The notes under the pieces are model-generated. The model was not told the DNA's origin. It searched no databases and saw only the letters and a list, made by a program, of their open reading frames with translations. Both the position numbers and the translations under genes were made by a program. 64,000 bases of DNA from an uncultured Bacilli bacterium (GTDB lineage: Bacteria; Bacillota_I; Bacilli_A; RFN20; CAG-449): the NCBI GenBank assembly GCA_947588815.1, contig CANQAG010000005.1, positions 14,731-78,730 of the forward strand. The letters run 5' to 3'. Within the stretch, counting starts at the first letter, position 1, and each line of letters starts with the position of its first letter. Positions 48,220-62,361 of this stretch are shown piece by piece.

Positions 48220-49386
48220 TTACCGCGAAAACATCACTCGTTCATTATTGAACATTCTCGTCAATATATAAATTCCACTTACACTATAGACTAAATTAGA
48301 TATCACGGTAGTCAAAAGGTTAGCAATATTTAAATTTAATGCAAATATCGCATAAACCGTCTGCGTCACATTGTAAAATGGAATTAAATAAACAAAAAGG
48401 TTATCCGAGGTATTTTGCATAAACGATGTCATTAAAGATAAAATCATGATCACAATCATCACCGGTCCAATGTAAGATGTCGCTTCTTTCACACTTTTGG
48501 CAAAAGTCGATAAAATGGCCAGTAACGTAATCGTTAATAGTGTAAAAGAAATAATTACTAGAAAAATTAAAGCAAATTCTGGGATTCCATAAATCGAAAC
48601 ATCTAATCCCGTACTTTGACTTTGAAGTAATTTGGGAAATGATAAAATCACCCCGAGAAAAGAACAAGTGCCCGCTAATAAGGCAAGTGTCCCGATTGAA
48701 ATAATTTTCCCGATTGCCAATTCGCTTCTTTTAATCGGAGTTACTAATAAAGTCGCAATCGTTCCTCGCTCTTTTTCGCCTGCCATTGATTCAGGAGCGA
48801 TTGTCATACAACTTGAAAAGATCAAAGTCACTAGAAGAAGGGGCATAACTGAAGAAAGAAGCATTGAAGAAACATCTTGACTACTTGCTAAATCATAATT
48901 ACTACCCATATTAATATCAAAAATATTGGTTATACTGCTTTCAATCGCGTCTAAAACCGAAACTGCCATTTGATAAAATTGTAAGGATTCATTTTTAGCC
49001 GAATTATAGAAAATTTCCACTTTCATCGGAGAACTTAAATTTGATGACAATTTACTATCAAAATCAGATGGAAAGACCAGGATAAAGTCTTTTTGTCGTT
49101 GAGCGATTTCTTCTTTTTTGGATTCGACTTCCATCGCATTAATGGAATTTAGCTCGATCTTTATATTTTGCGCTTCAATGGTCGAAGAAAAGATTTGTGA
49201 CTGATTGACAACATAGCCGGTATAAGTATAATCATTTTCAACTTCAACCATAGAGCCGATCATATCTCCCATTAAACTATAAATGACAAATATTAAAATC
49301 CCCGGTAAAAACAGTGAAAGTACGATTCTTCGATCGGTAAAGAATCTTTTAAACTCCTTTTTGATGATCGTTAAAATATTTTTCAT
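48220..49386 (-). CDS. ABC-2 permease (NatB-like)
   Basis: AGEKERGTIATLLVTPIKRSELAIGK; large extracellular loop. Confidence 0.88.
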   Translation of the reverse strand: MKNILTIIKKEFKRFFTDRRIVLSLFLPGILIFVIYSLMGDMIGSMVEVENDYTYTGYVVNQSQIFSSTIEAQNIKIELNSINAMEVESKKEEIAQRQKDFILVFPSDFDSKLSSNLSSPMKVEIFYNSAKNESLQFYQMAVSVLDAIESSITNIFDINMGSNYDLASSQDVSSMLLSSVMPLLLVTLIFSSCMTIAPESMAGEKERGTIATLLVTPIKRSELAIGKIISIGTLALLAGTCSFLGVILSFPKLLQSQSTGLDVSIYGIPEFALIFLVIISFTLLTITLLAILSTFAKSVKEATSYIGPVMIVIMILSLMTSFMQNTSDNLFVYLIPFYNVTQTVYAIFALNLNIANLLTTVISNLVYSVSGIYILTRMFNNERVMFSR

Positions 49387-50159
49387 TCTTCTTCACCCAC
49401 TTCTTTCTTATAAATATTGAAAAAAACTGTCTCTAAATCTTGATTGGCCGTCAAATTTTTTATATCGTCGGAAACGATCATTTTTCCGTTAATAATAATA
49501 CCGACGCGATCGCAAATTTTTTCAACAAGTGAAAAGATGTGAGTAGAAATAATAATTGTTTTCCCCTGTTGTTTTAATTCTTCAAGATAATCTGTTACCA
49601 CTTTGGCGGTTAAGACATCGAGTCCGTTTGTCGGTTCATCAAAAATGATGATGTCAGGATTATGAACTAACGAAATCACCAATGAAACTTTCTGTTTCAT
49701 ACCCGTTGAAAGATTGCTGATTTTCACCTCACAAAAGCGATCGATACCAAATTTTTTGAATAAAGCCTCTTTTCTTTGCTTTGCAATTTCCTCTGGAACA
49801 TCATGCAATGAAGCAAAAAAATCAAAAAGGTAATTCGGTGTGAAAAAATCTTCAAGCTTTAATTCACTTGTCAAAAATCCGATTTTTTTTCTGACCTCTT
49901 CTGGATTTTTCTTTATATTAATACCATCGAGTAAAACTTCTCCTTCATCGGCTTTAATAAGAGTTGAAAGAATTCTTAACGCTGTCGTTTTCCCGGCACC
50001 ATTAGGTCCTAATAAGCCGTAAATTTCCCCTCTATAAGCACTGAAGGAAAGACCATTTAGCGCTACTTTACAATTAAGATTCGTTTTTTCGATTTTTTGT
50101 TGCTTTCGTGATAATTTAAAAGTTTTTTTCAAATCAGTGACTCTTATAATCTCTTCCAT
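49383..50159 (-). CDS. ABC transporter ATP-binding protein (NatA-like)
   Basis: GPNGAGKTT, LSTGMKQK, IFDEPTNGLD, STH. Confidence 0.92.
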   Translation of the reverse strand: MEEIIRVTDLKKTFKLSRKQQKIEKTNLNCKVALNGLSFSAYRGEIYGLLGPNGAGKTTALRILSTLIKADEGEVLLDGINIKKNPEEVRKKIGFLTSELKLEDFFTPNYLFDFFASLHDVPEEIAKQRKEALFKKFGIDRFCEVKISNLSTGMKQKVSLVISLVHNPDIIIFDEPTNGLDVLTAKVVTDYLEELKQQGKTIIISTHIFSLVEKICDRVGIIINGKMIVSDDIKNLTANQDLETVFFNIYKKEVGEEE

Positions 50160-50604
50160 AATTCTCTCCTTTTAAATATTTAAAATGAACATCATATTTT
50201 TTCATCAAGATATCGTTAAATCTTATTCCGAACATCAAGATAAAATAAACAAAACTGGTTGAATTGATCATCAATAACATTCCATACCAATCAAAAGGAT
50301 AAATCTCTAAAAAGTACGTCATAAACACGATACCTCCGATATACACCAAATAATGAATAAGCAATATAATCTCGGCTTTAATAATATTTCTTTGGTATAT
50401 TTCAAAGATAGCAAAAGTTAAAAAACCATAAGTTAAGAAGCACAAAAGAAAATTTCGATATTGATCCACAGTTAATTCCATGGGGATTATATCGGTAAAA
50501 TGTGGAATTATCTCGGTAGTTATTAGGCATAAAATCAAATAAACAAATGATCCAATTAATCCTTTGTATACTACTTGTTTCAAATTACTCACCCTAGATA
50601 TCAT
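50134..50604 (-). CDS. Membrane protein (DUF3021-like)
   Basis: 4 hydrophobic segments, LIHYLVY..W; overlaps the ABC ATPase start. Confidence 0.55.
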   Translation of the reverse strand: MISRVSNLKQVVYKGLIGSFVYLILCLITTEIIPHFTDIIPMELTVDQYRNFLLCFLTYGFLTFAIFEIYQRNIIKAEIILLIHYLVYIGGIVFMTYFLEIYPFDWYGMLLMINSTSFVYFILMFGIRFNDILMKKYDVHFKYLKGENYGRDYKSH

Positions 50605-50767
50605 AACAAATTAGCGAATATAATGCGAATAACCAAAGTAAAAAATTTCGATTTATATTTTTTCGCATATCATATAAATTTTTAATTTAAAAAACTCACT
50701 AATTTCATCGAGAGTTTCTATTTAAAAATATCCGATTTTACGTTACAATATTATTGAGGTAATAAAT

Positions 50768-51145
50768 ATGAAAAGCAACGAGTCGCTTGAAATGTATTTA
50801 GAAACTATATTGATTTTATCTTATAAAGGTTCGGTTCGATCAATCGATATCGCCAACGAGCTTTGCTTTTCAAAACCGAGCGTCAGTATCGCCGTAAAAA
50901 AAATGCAAGATGATGGCTATATAATTTTTGACGATAATTCAAAATTGATCACTTTAACTCCTGAAGGTCTTAAAATTGCCGAAACCATCTATGAGAGACA
51001 TCTCATCCTTTCGGAATTTTTCGAGGACTTAGGCGTCGATAAAAACATCGCTCGTAACGACGCCTGTCGAATCGAGCATGTCATCAGTAAAGAAAGTTTT
51101 AGTAAAATAAAACAAATCGTCGAAAATAAGAAAAGCTTATCTTAA
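50768..51145 (+). CDS. DtxR/MntR metal-dependent regulator
   Basis: SLEMYLETI, RSIDIANELCFSKPSVS, YERH, DACRIEH. Confidence 0.92.
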   Translation: MKSNESLEMYLETILILSYKGSVRSIDIANELCFSKPSVSIAVKKMQDDGYIIFDDNSKLITLTPEGLKIAETIYERHLILSEFFEDLGVDKNIARNDACRIEHVISKESFSKIKQIVENKKSLS

Positions 51146-51160
51146 ATTTGAAAAAATTAA

Positions 51161-51868
51161 TTATAAAAGTACATAAAAGAAGATGCAGACAAATTGGAGA
51201 ATTGAACCCAATAGCACAAATAAATGCCAAATACTATGCATCCATTTTTTCTTTTTACCCATGCCATAAATAATGGCGCCTATCGTGTAAGCAATTCCCC
51301 CGGCTATTAACCATATGAAGCCGGCAATACCGATTGCATCCAACAAAGGTTTTAACGTAAAAATAACGCACCAACCCATGGCTAAATAAAGAATCATGCT
51401 CACTATTTTAACGGCTTCCCAATACATATTGATAGCATTGAACGTTATTCCAATAATCGCCGCCACCCATACTATCGATAAAAGGATAATACCAGTTGAA
51501 CCTTCATTTAAAGCAATTAAACAAATGGGAGTATATGTCCCAGCAATTAAAAAATAAATCGTGCAATGATCGAAAATGCGAAACACTCTTTTGGCGCGAT
51601 TAGGTCGTAAAAAATGATAAATCGCTGACATCGTATAAAGCAAAATCATGCTTACGCCATAGATGATCATGCTGATCACATTGATAGCGTTTCCTTGAAT
51701 CGCCGCAAAAACAGTTCCAAGAACCAAAGCAACGATTCCAAAACCACCGCCGACGATATGAGTAACCGCATTAAATATCTCTTCACCGCGAGAGTAATTA
51801 GGCAATCTTTTTCTTTTTTCTTTTTTTAATTTTTTTTCAGTTAATTTCTCATCAATATCTTGTTTCAT
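51161..51868 (-). CDS. Hemolysin III (PAQR) family membrane protein
   Basis: EEIFNAVTH, SAIYH, FDHCTIYFLIAGTYTP, HSIWHLFV. Confidence 0.92.
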   Translation of the reverse strand: MKQDIDEKLTEKKLKKEKRKRLPNYSRGEEIFNAVTHIVGGGFGIVALVLGTVFAAIQGNAINVISMIIYGVSMILLYTMSAIYHFLRPNRAKRVFRIFDHCTIYFLIAGTYTPICLIALNEGSTGIILLSIVWVAAIIGITFNAINMYWEAVKIVSMILYLAMGWCVIFTLKPLLDAIGIAGFIWLIAGGIAYTIGAIIYGMGKKKKWMHSIWHLFVLLGSILQFVCIFFYVLL

Positions 51869-51920
51869 AGTAATAAAGTCCTAACGAAAACTTTATCACT
51901 TTTAGGATTTAAAGTAAACT

Positions 51921-52367
51921 TTAAATCATCTCTTCATCAATATATTTTTTAAGGCGCACAATCAAATTATCATAGTCTTTTACAATCTCTTTTAATGGGT
52001 CGTATAACTCATCCTCTAATTCACCATGCGTGTATAAAAACGTCACGCCACCTTTAATCGCTTTGCTTAAAGCATCGATGGCGTCGAGAATCAAATATAT
52101 ATCTTCGTCATAGCTTTTATTTTCGACCATGATTAAAACAAGTTTTTGTTTCCACTTCATCGAAGTATCGGGATCTTTCATTCGTTCATGAAGAATTTTT
52201 TCAACTTCTTCTTCGTGAAAAACCAAACGATCTCGGATTTCTTTCAATAAAGTTTTAAGATTTTCGTTTCGTGCTTTATTGTAATAATTTTTGAATGTCA
52301 ATTCGCCCATTCTTAAACTAGAATAAAAGGCATTGACTAATTCTAGTTGTTCTTTCATTTGTATCAC
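51921..52367 (-). CDS. Ferritin-like four-helix protein (DUF2383-like)
   Basis: Helical pattern with MG..TF..YY..A and H..E spacing; GGTGA RBS. Confidence 0.45.
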   Translation of the reverse strand: MIQMKEQLELVNAFYSSLRMGELTFKNYYNKARNENLKTLLKEIRDRLVFHEEEVEKILHERMKDPDTSMKWKQKLVLIMVENKSYDEDIYLILDAIDALSKAIKGGVTFLYTHGELEDELYDPLKEIVKDYDNLIVRLKKYIDEEMI

Positions 52368-52433
52368 CGATAATTAGTATTCTCAATTATCGATGTTTTA
52401 CAAAAAATTTTCTTTTTTTCGATGAATAATATG

Positions 52434-52982
52434 TCATAACCCTTTCATTGAGTTGAGCACGTTTTCCAATTTTCTAGATTCTATATGTGTCTTTAATATT
52501 TCAAGCGCAAACTCACTTGAAAAATACATCGAACGCGCAAAAATCAAATTACCATCTTTAACTACACCATGATCTTTTAAATAGATGCCTTCAAAAGAAT
52601 CACTTTCATAGCCGGGAAAGCAAGTGTACCGATGTCCTTTTAATAGTCCCAATCGCCCTAATAAGGAAGGAGCCGCACAAATTGAGGCGATGAGTTTTCC
52701 TTGATTAGCAAATTCCAAAATAATTTTTGAAACATTTTTATCGTTCATCAATATCTCTTTGACCGCGCGTCCTCCGGGAATCACTAAATAATCATACATT
52801 GTCGCATCGATATTTTTCAAAGTAGTGACAGCTTGAACGACAAGACCGCTTTGTGAAGTAACTTCAAGTTCATCACTGACACTAGCGGTAATCACAAAAT
52901 CGCCACCTCTAAGCAATACATCACGAGTGACTAAAGCTTCACTATCTTCAAAATAATCTGCTAATATCATTAAACCTTTCAT
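52434..52982 (-). CDS. DJ-1/PfpI family protein
   Basis: FEDSEA, VIPGG, ASICAAP, YTCFPG. Confidence 0.9.
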   Translation of the reverse strand: MKGLMILADYFEDSEALVTRDVLLRGGDFVITASVSDELEVTSQSGLVVQAVTTLKNIDATMYDYLVIPGGRAVKEILMNDKNVSKIILEFANQGKLIASICAAPSLLGRLGLLKGHRYTCFPGYESDSFEGIYLKDHGVVKDGNLIFARSMYFSSEFALEILKTHIESRKLENVLNSMKGL

Positions 52983-54406
52983 CGTCTTTTCAACTCCTCG
53001 CTTACAAGTTTGCTAGCAATTTGGGGATTAGCTTTCCCTTGTGATTTTTTCATCACTTGACCGATTAAAAAGCCCATTGCTCGATCTTTTCCGTTTTTAA
53101 AATCGATCACCGATTGCGGATTTTCATCGATCACCGCGCTTACCAACGCTTGAATTTCATCGGTGTTAGAATTTTGTTTTAGACCCATCTCTTCAGCAAC
53201 TTTAAGCGGTTCTTCATCGGTAGATACGATTCTTTCAAAAACCTTTTTAGCTTGCGCAATTGAAATTTCCTTGCTTTCGATTAATTCTAAAAGTTTTAAA
53301 AGATTCACGGGCGATAATTTCATTTCATCAATCGTCATCATATTACGATTCAAATATCCCGACACATCACCCATAAGCCAGTTCCAACTTTGCTTAATTA
53401 GCTCAGGTTTTAATTTCACTAATTTATCAAAATATAAACATAAGCTTCGATTTTGAATCATTTGTTCCGCATCTTGCTTGGCTAAATTTAATTGGACATA
53501 ACGTTTAATTTTGCTATCGGCTAATTCGTTACAAGTCTCAATAGCTTTATCAATAAATTCTTGGCTCAATCTAATGGGAACAATGTTAGGTTCTGGAAAA
53601 TACTTATAATCGACGGCATCTGTTTTTTTACGCATTAAAACCGTTTCTTTTTTGCTTTCATCAAATCGACGAGTTTCTTGCTCGACAAGATTCCCGCTTA
53701 ACAACAATTCCGTTTGTCGTTTGACTTCATAATCGATAGCCAATTTTACATTCGCGGTAGAATTCAAATTTTTAATTTCAACTTTAGTTCCGTATGTTTC
53801 GCTACCATAGGGTCGTAAAGAAATATTGACATCACATCTTAAAGAACCCTCTTCCATCTTTCCGTCAGAAACATCGGAATAAATGACGATATTTCTAATC
53901 GCTTCAACATACTTCATCGCTTCTTCACCGCTTCTTATATCCGGTTTTGAAACAATTTCAATAAGCGGTGTTCCCGCTCGATTGTAATCGACAAGAGTAC
54001 AATCGGCAAGATGAAGCTGTTTACAAGTGTCTTCTTCCATATGCAATCTTTCGACGGCGATTGTTTTTTTAGTACCATCAATTTCAATTTCTACATATCC
54101 TTCGCTTCCGATCGGTCTTTCGTTTTGAGTAATCTGAAAACCTTTTGGAAGATCACTGTAAAAGTAATTTTTCCGATCAAAGTGAAGTTCATTGTCGATT
54201 CGCATATGAAGTGCCGAAGAAACACGAATAGCATTGATGACCGCTTGTTTGTTAACTACAGGCATAGTTCCCGGAAAAGCGATATCAGTAGGTTGTACTA
54301 ATGTATTTGGATCTTTACCAAAAGCATTGGGAGCCGATGAAAACATTTTAGTTTTAGTTTTCATTTCGACATGGATTTCAATGCCGATTACTGGTTCAAA
54401 GTTCAT
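52979..54406 (-). CDS. gatB: Asp/Glu-tRNA amidotransferase subunit B
   Basis: VIGIEIHVE, RKNYFYSDLPKGFQITQ, HMEED, NRAGTPLIEIVS, EGSLRCDVN. Confidence 0.97.
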   Translation of the reverse strand: MNFEPVIGIEIHVEMKTKTKMFSSAPNAFGKDPNTLVQPTDIAFPGTMPVVNKQAVINAIRVSSALHMRIDNELHFDRKNYFYSDLPKGFQITQNERPIGSEGYVEIEIDGTKKTIAVERLHMEEDTCKQLHLADCTLVDYNRAGTPLIEIVSKPDIRSGEEAMKYVEAIRNIVIYSDVSDGKMEEGSLRCDVNISLRPYGSETYGTKVEIKNLNSTANVKLAIDYEVKRQTELLLSGNLVEQETRRFDESKKETVLMRKKTDAVDYKYFPEPNIVPIRLSQEFIDKAIETCNELADSKIKRYVQLNLAKQDAEQMIQNRSLCLYFDKLVKLKPELIKQSWNWLMGDVSGYLNRNMMTIDEMKLSPVNLLKLLELIESKEISIAQAKKVFERIVSTDEEPLKVAEEMGLKQNSNTDEIQALVSAVIDENPQSVIDFKNGKDRAMGFLIGQVMKKSQGKANPQIASKLVSEELKRR

Positions 54407-55869
54407 TTTGTGTTCCTCCTTGCTGACATTCCTTTGTATGGTAATTCACTTTCAAGTGCATAAGCTAAATTAAAGGCCCCTTGTTCATCAAAAGCTCTGG
54501 TGGTAATATTGGCTCCAAATGGAAAACCCTGATCCACTCCAATCGGCAAAGTTAACGAAGGTAGTCCGGCAAAATTTCCAATCGCCATATGATTTTCAGC
54601 GATCAAATACTCATCGGACATCTTATCTTTACTATTATTGTCAAAAGCATTTTTGGCGGTCGAAACACACGGAGCGTAAATCGCATCGTAATCTTTTAAG
54701 ATGTCATTGACACGATTGACAATTAAATGTCGGATCTTTTGAGCTCTTAAAAAGATTTCATCTTGATTTGATTTAAATAAAGCGTAGCTTCCAATCACAA
54801 AACGTCGTTTGATCAATTCCCCAAAGCCTTGAGTTCTAGCATTCATCATTACTTCTTGATAAGAAGTGGCTTTTCCGACACGTGGGCCGAATTTAACGCC
54901 GTCAAGATTGGCATTGTTGCTAGTAGCTTCAGCACAAGAGATGACTAAATACGTCGGATATATCGCATTTAGAAGATTTTTAGGAATGCTCACTTCTACG
55001 ACTGTCGCCCCTAGTTTTTCAAAAATTTTACAAGTTTCATTGAAAGCGTTCAAAATCGTTTCATCTTTTATCGACTCGTTGATTTCTTTAATGATTGCGA
55101 TTTTTTTACCTTTGATATTTTTGGTAAGCTCCTTATAATACTCTCCTTTTTCTTTGAAAGAAGAAGTCATATCCATCTCATCTCGTCCCGCTAAAGCATC
55201 AAGAAGAATCGCGCTATCGGCGACTGAGCGTGTAAAATAAGCCACATGATCTAATGATGGCGCAAATGGAAATAATCCATAGCGAGAAATTCTCCCCCAA
55301 GAAGGTTTAAATCCAACTAAGCCTCCGTAAGAAGCTGGTTTTCTTACTGAATCGCCCGTATCCGAACCTAAAGCAAAAGGAACGATGGCATTAGCGGTAG
55401 CGCTCGCAGAGCCACATGAAGACCCGCCAATCATGTAAGTGTGAGTCGGATCATAAGGATTATAAGTTCTTCCTAAATGTCCAGTCATTCCACTTCCGCC
55501 CATTGCCAACTCATCCAAAGTCGTTTTACCGATCAATACGCACTTTTTTTCTTTCAGTTTTTCAATGACGGTCGCATCATATACCGGAACATAATCTTTT
55601 AAAATATCGCTGCTCCCCGTGGTCAAAATTCCTTTGGTTGAAAAATTATCTTTGGCGAGAAACGGAATACCCCAAAGTAGATTATCTTCTTCGACTTCTT
55701 TTAAAGACGCAGCAAATTCAAGCGCCTCTTTTTCACAAATTGTTTCAAAGCAATTATTAGAATCCTCTTTACATAATTCAAGCGCTTCTTTTGTAAGTTC
55801 CAAAGGGGTGACCTTTTTTGATAATAAAAGTTGATGCAATTCTTCAATCGATAAATTCATGTACTTCAT
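54403..55869 (-). CDS. gatA: Asp/Glu-tRNA amidotransferase subunit A
   Basis: KDN, GKTTLDELAMG, GGSSCGSA, LGSDTGDSVRKPA amidase signature; start refined to ATG 55869. Confidence 0.95.
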   Translation of the reverse strand: MKYMNLSIEELHQLLLSKKVTPLELTKEALELCKEDSNNCFETICEKEALEFAASLKEVEEDNLLWGIPFLAKDNFSTKGILTTGSSDILKDYVPVYDATVIEKLKEKKCVLIGKTTLDELAMGGSGMTGHLGRTYNPYDPTHTYMIGGSSCGSASATANAIVPFALGSDTGDSVRKPASYGGLVGFKPSWGRISRYGLFPFAPSLDHVAYFTRSVADSAILLDALAGRDEMDMTSSFKEKGEYYKELTKNIKGKKIAIIKEINESIKDETILNAFNETCKIFEKLGATVVEVSIPKNLLNAIYPTYLVISCAEATSNNANLDGVKFGPRVGKATSYQEVMMNARTQGFGELIKRRFVIGSYALFKSNQDEIFLRAQKIRHLIVNRVNDILKDYDAIYAPCVSTAKNAFDNNSKDKMSDEYLIAENHMAIGNFAGLPSLTLPIGVDQGFPFGANITTRAFDEQGAFNLAYALESELPYKGMSARRNTK

Positions 55870-55870
55870 T

Positions 55871-60362
<4,492 letters not shown>

Positions 60363-60494
60363 AAGATCACCAAATAATCTTTCTTAGAAAGATTATATCA
60401 TAGTGCTATTTTCTCTTCAATTTTTCGCGTACACTTTCTTTTCTTATCCGGTTGAGTTTTATCTTATAGGTGTCAAGTTTATTTTTTTAACACA

Positions 60495-60893
60495 CTATTT
60501 TATCAAATTATGATTTTGAATAAAGATTCTAATCTCGTCAAATCCAAGATAATAATTTGTTATTTGCCATTCAAATACTTCTGTCATTAGAGGAACTCGC
60601 GTTATCGTATAACTGTTTGCACCGATTTTTATCGTTTCAAGATCGGTTAATTTATTAAAATCAACATAATAAAGCGGAATTTGAAAACCATTTTGTTCAT
60701 TGAAATTTATGATCATTTTAATGTCACGACAAGCTAAACAAGTATCCATGTAAAATAAGACAAGATAATAATGCTCTTTTTGATTAAGAAGTTCTTTATA
60801 TTCGATTTCTCGATTTAACTTTTGATTAGCGGTGCATCCGCTTAAAACAAGAACCATCGTCGCTTTTAAAATTAATCCGCTTGTTTTATCCAT
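60495..60893 (-). CDS. Thioredoxin-like lipoprotein
   Basis: LVLSG-C lipobox; FYMDTCLAC CxxC; RVP cis-Pro. Confidence 0.7.
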   Translation of the reverse strand: MDKTSGLILKATMVLVLSGCTANQKLNREIEYKELLNQKEHYYLVLFYMDTCLACRDIKMIINFNEQNGFQIPLYYVDFNKLTDLETIKIGANSYTITRVPLMTEVFEWQITNYYLGFDEIRIFIQNHNLIK

Positions 60894-61000
60894 AACTCAC
60901 CTCATATGTAATAACCATATTCAAACGATATCTATACTTATCAATACAATGTTTTGTGCTTCATTAAAAGAAATGTTACAATATTTAAGGTGCATTATTT

Positions 61001-61885
61001 ATGACTAAAAACGTTCAGTCTCTCACTTTCGTCGCTATGATGTGCGCATTAAACTGTGTTTTTTTAATTGTTTCGGAATATTTCCCGTTATTTTCTTTGC
61101 TTCTCACGCTTGGAATTCCCTTATTGACTTGTTTAGCTTCTCAAAAGCTTTCATTACGATATATCCTGTTGTTTTTAACGTGCACTTGTCTTATATCGAT
61201 GATCGATTTTCAAAATGCAATTTTTTACATTTTCCCCGGCATTATTATTGGTGCCATTCTCGGTATTCTAATTAAAAATCGTTTCAATTCACTTTATGTA
61301 ACTATTATTGCTTCGTTAGTTTCTTTAATGCTCTACGTTGGGGCTAATTATCTCATAGAATTAATTTATGGAGTAAACATGAAAGCAGTTTTCGCGACAG
61401 TTTTAAATTTATCAAATGGCACTTTTGAAAAAATTTCGTTAATGTTTTTTTACATTATTTCTCTGTCGCAAACACTTTTTACTTTCATTATCATTGACGG
61501 AGAAAAAGAAAGATTACATTTATATATCAATCAAGATCTCTTACAAGTCAAATGGAGCATGATTTATTTAGGAGTGTCTTATTTAATCATTTTAATCTCT
61601 TATTTCCTTTATTATCCTTTATCACTATGTATGATGATCGTTTCTTTCGTTTTTGCTTTTGCGATATTGCTACACTTTATTTTCAATAACTCTAATAAGA
61701 AATTAAATTTGATTTTTTTGATCATTTTAGAAGTTATTTCCTTAATAATCGTAATGAGTAGTTTTAATTATCTTTCCAAAGATCTTGTCGCCATCTTACC
61801 CATCATTTTCACCATTCCGCCTTTAATCGTCGGTTTATTCGACATCATCATTCAAAAAGTCAAACATAATAATTCTTTTGATTAG
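61001..61885 (+). CDS. DUF2232 (YybS-like) membrane protein
   Basis: LTFVAMMCAL..YFPLFSLLL..P; about 8 TM segments. Confidence 0.6.
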   Translation: MTKNVQSLTFVAMMCALNCVFLIVSEYFPLFSLLLTLGIPLLTCLASQKLSLRYILLFLTCTCLISMIDFQNAIFYIFPGIIIGAILGILIKNRFNSLYVTIIASLVSLMLYVGANYLIELIYGVNMKAVFATVLNLSNGTFEKISLMFFYIISLSQTLFTFIIIDGEKERLHLYINQDLLQVKWSMIYLGVSYLIILISYFLYYPLSLCMMIVSFVFAFAILLHFIFNNSNKKLNLIFLIILEVISLIIVMSSFNYLSKDLVAILPIIFTIPPLIVGLFDIIIQKVKHNNSFD

Positions 61886-61935
61886 TTTTGTAAACGTTGA
61901 TAAAAAGCGTTACAATAAAACAAAGGAGGCCTTCG

Positions 61936-62361
61936 ATGAAAGACTTTATCAAGACTTTTTTTATCGGTTTAACCACAATCGTCCTTTTTGTCTTCATTGT
62001 GGCCTTTTTTGCTTTATCCGCAATTTTTGCCTTAGGTCTCTTTTTTGTGATGTTCGTCAAGCATATCATTTTCTTTTTTCAAGGTCATAATTTGAAAGAA
62101 CCGATGGATATCGATATTGAAGCTGAAAAGATCTTAAATCAAGTTAAAAGTACTCCCATTGCTGAAAATCCCGCGCCTTCAAATGTTCAAACGCCTCCTC
62201 CTTCTCAACAGGTAATTATTCAAACGATGCCGGGTACCGTCATTTCCACAGGAATCGGCCCCAATGGGCAACCGATTATCATCACTGGGACGCAACCGAT
62301 CAATAACACCCCTCCTATTCAAAATATCGAAACAGAAAAGGAGGAAAACTCCAATGATTAA
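61936..62361 (+). CDS. Membrane protein with Pro/Gln/Thr-rich C-terminal tail
   Basis: AAGGAGG RBS before ATG 61936; long N-terminal TM; low-complexity tail. Confidence 0.7.
   Translation: MKDFIKTFFIGLTTIVLFVFIVAFFALSAIFALGLFFVMFVKHIIFFFQGHNLKEPMDIDIEAEKILNQVKSTPIAENPAPSNVQTPPPSQQVIIQTMPGTVISTGIGPNGQPIIITGTQPINNTPPIQNIETEKEENSND

Noticed and set aside
51161-51868. Hemolysin as a virulence factor
   Set aside because: The HlyIII/PAQR family is a ubiquitous membrane family; the name alone is not evidence
52368-52410. SigmaG/F promoter for the ferritin-like gene
   Set aside because: AATACTA resembles a -10, but no GHATR -35 at 15-18 bp spacing
61890-61916. CcpA cre site (TGTAAACGTTGATA)
   Set aside because: Two mismatches in the conserved right half; downstream genes are not obviously catabolic
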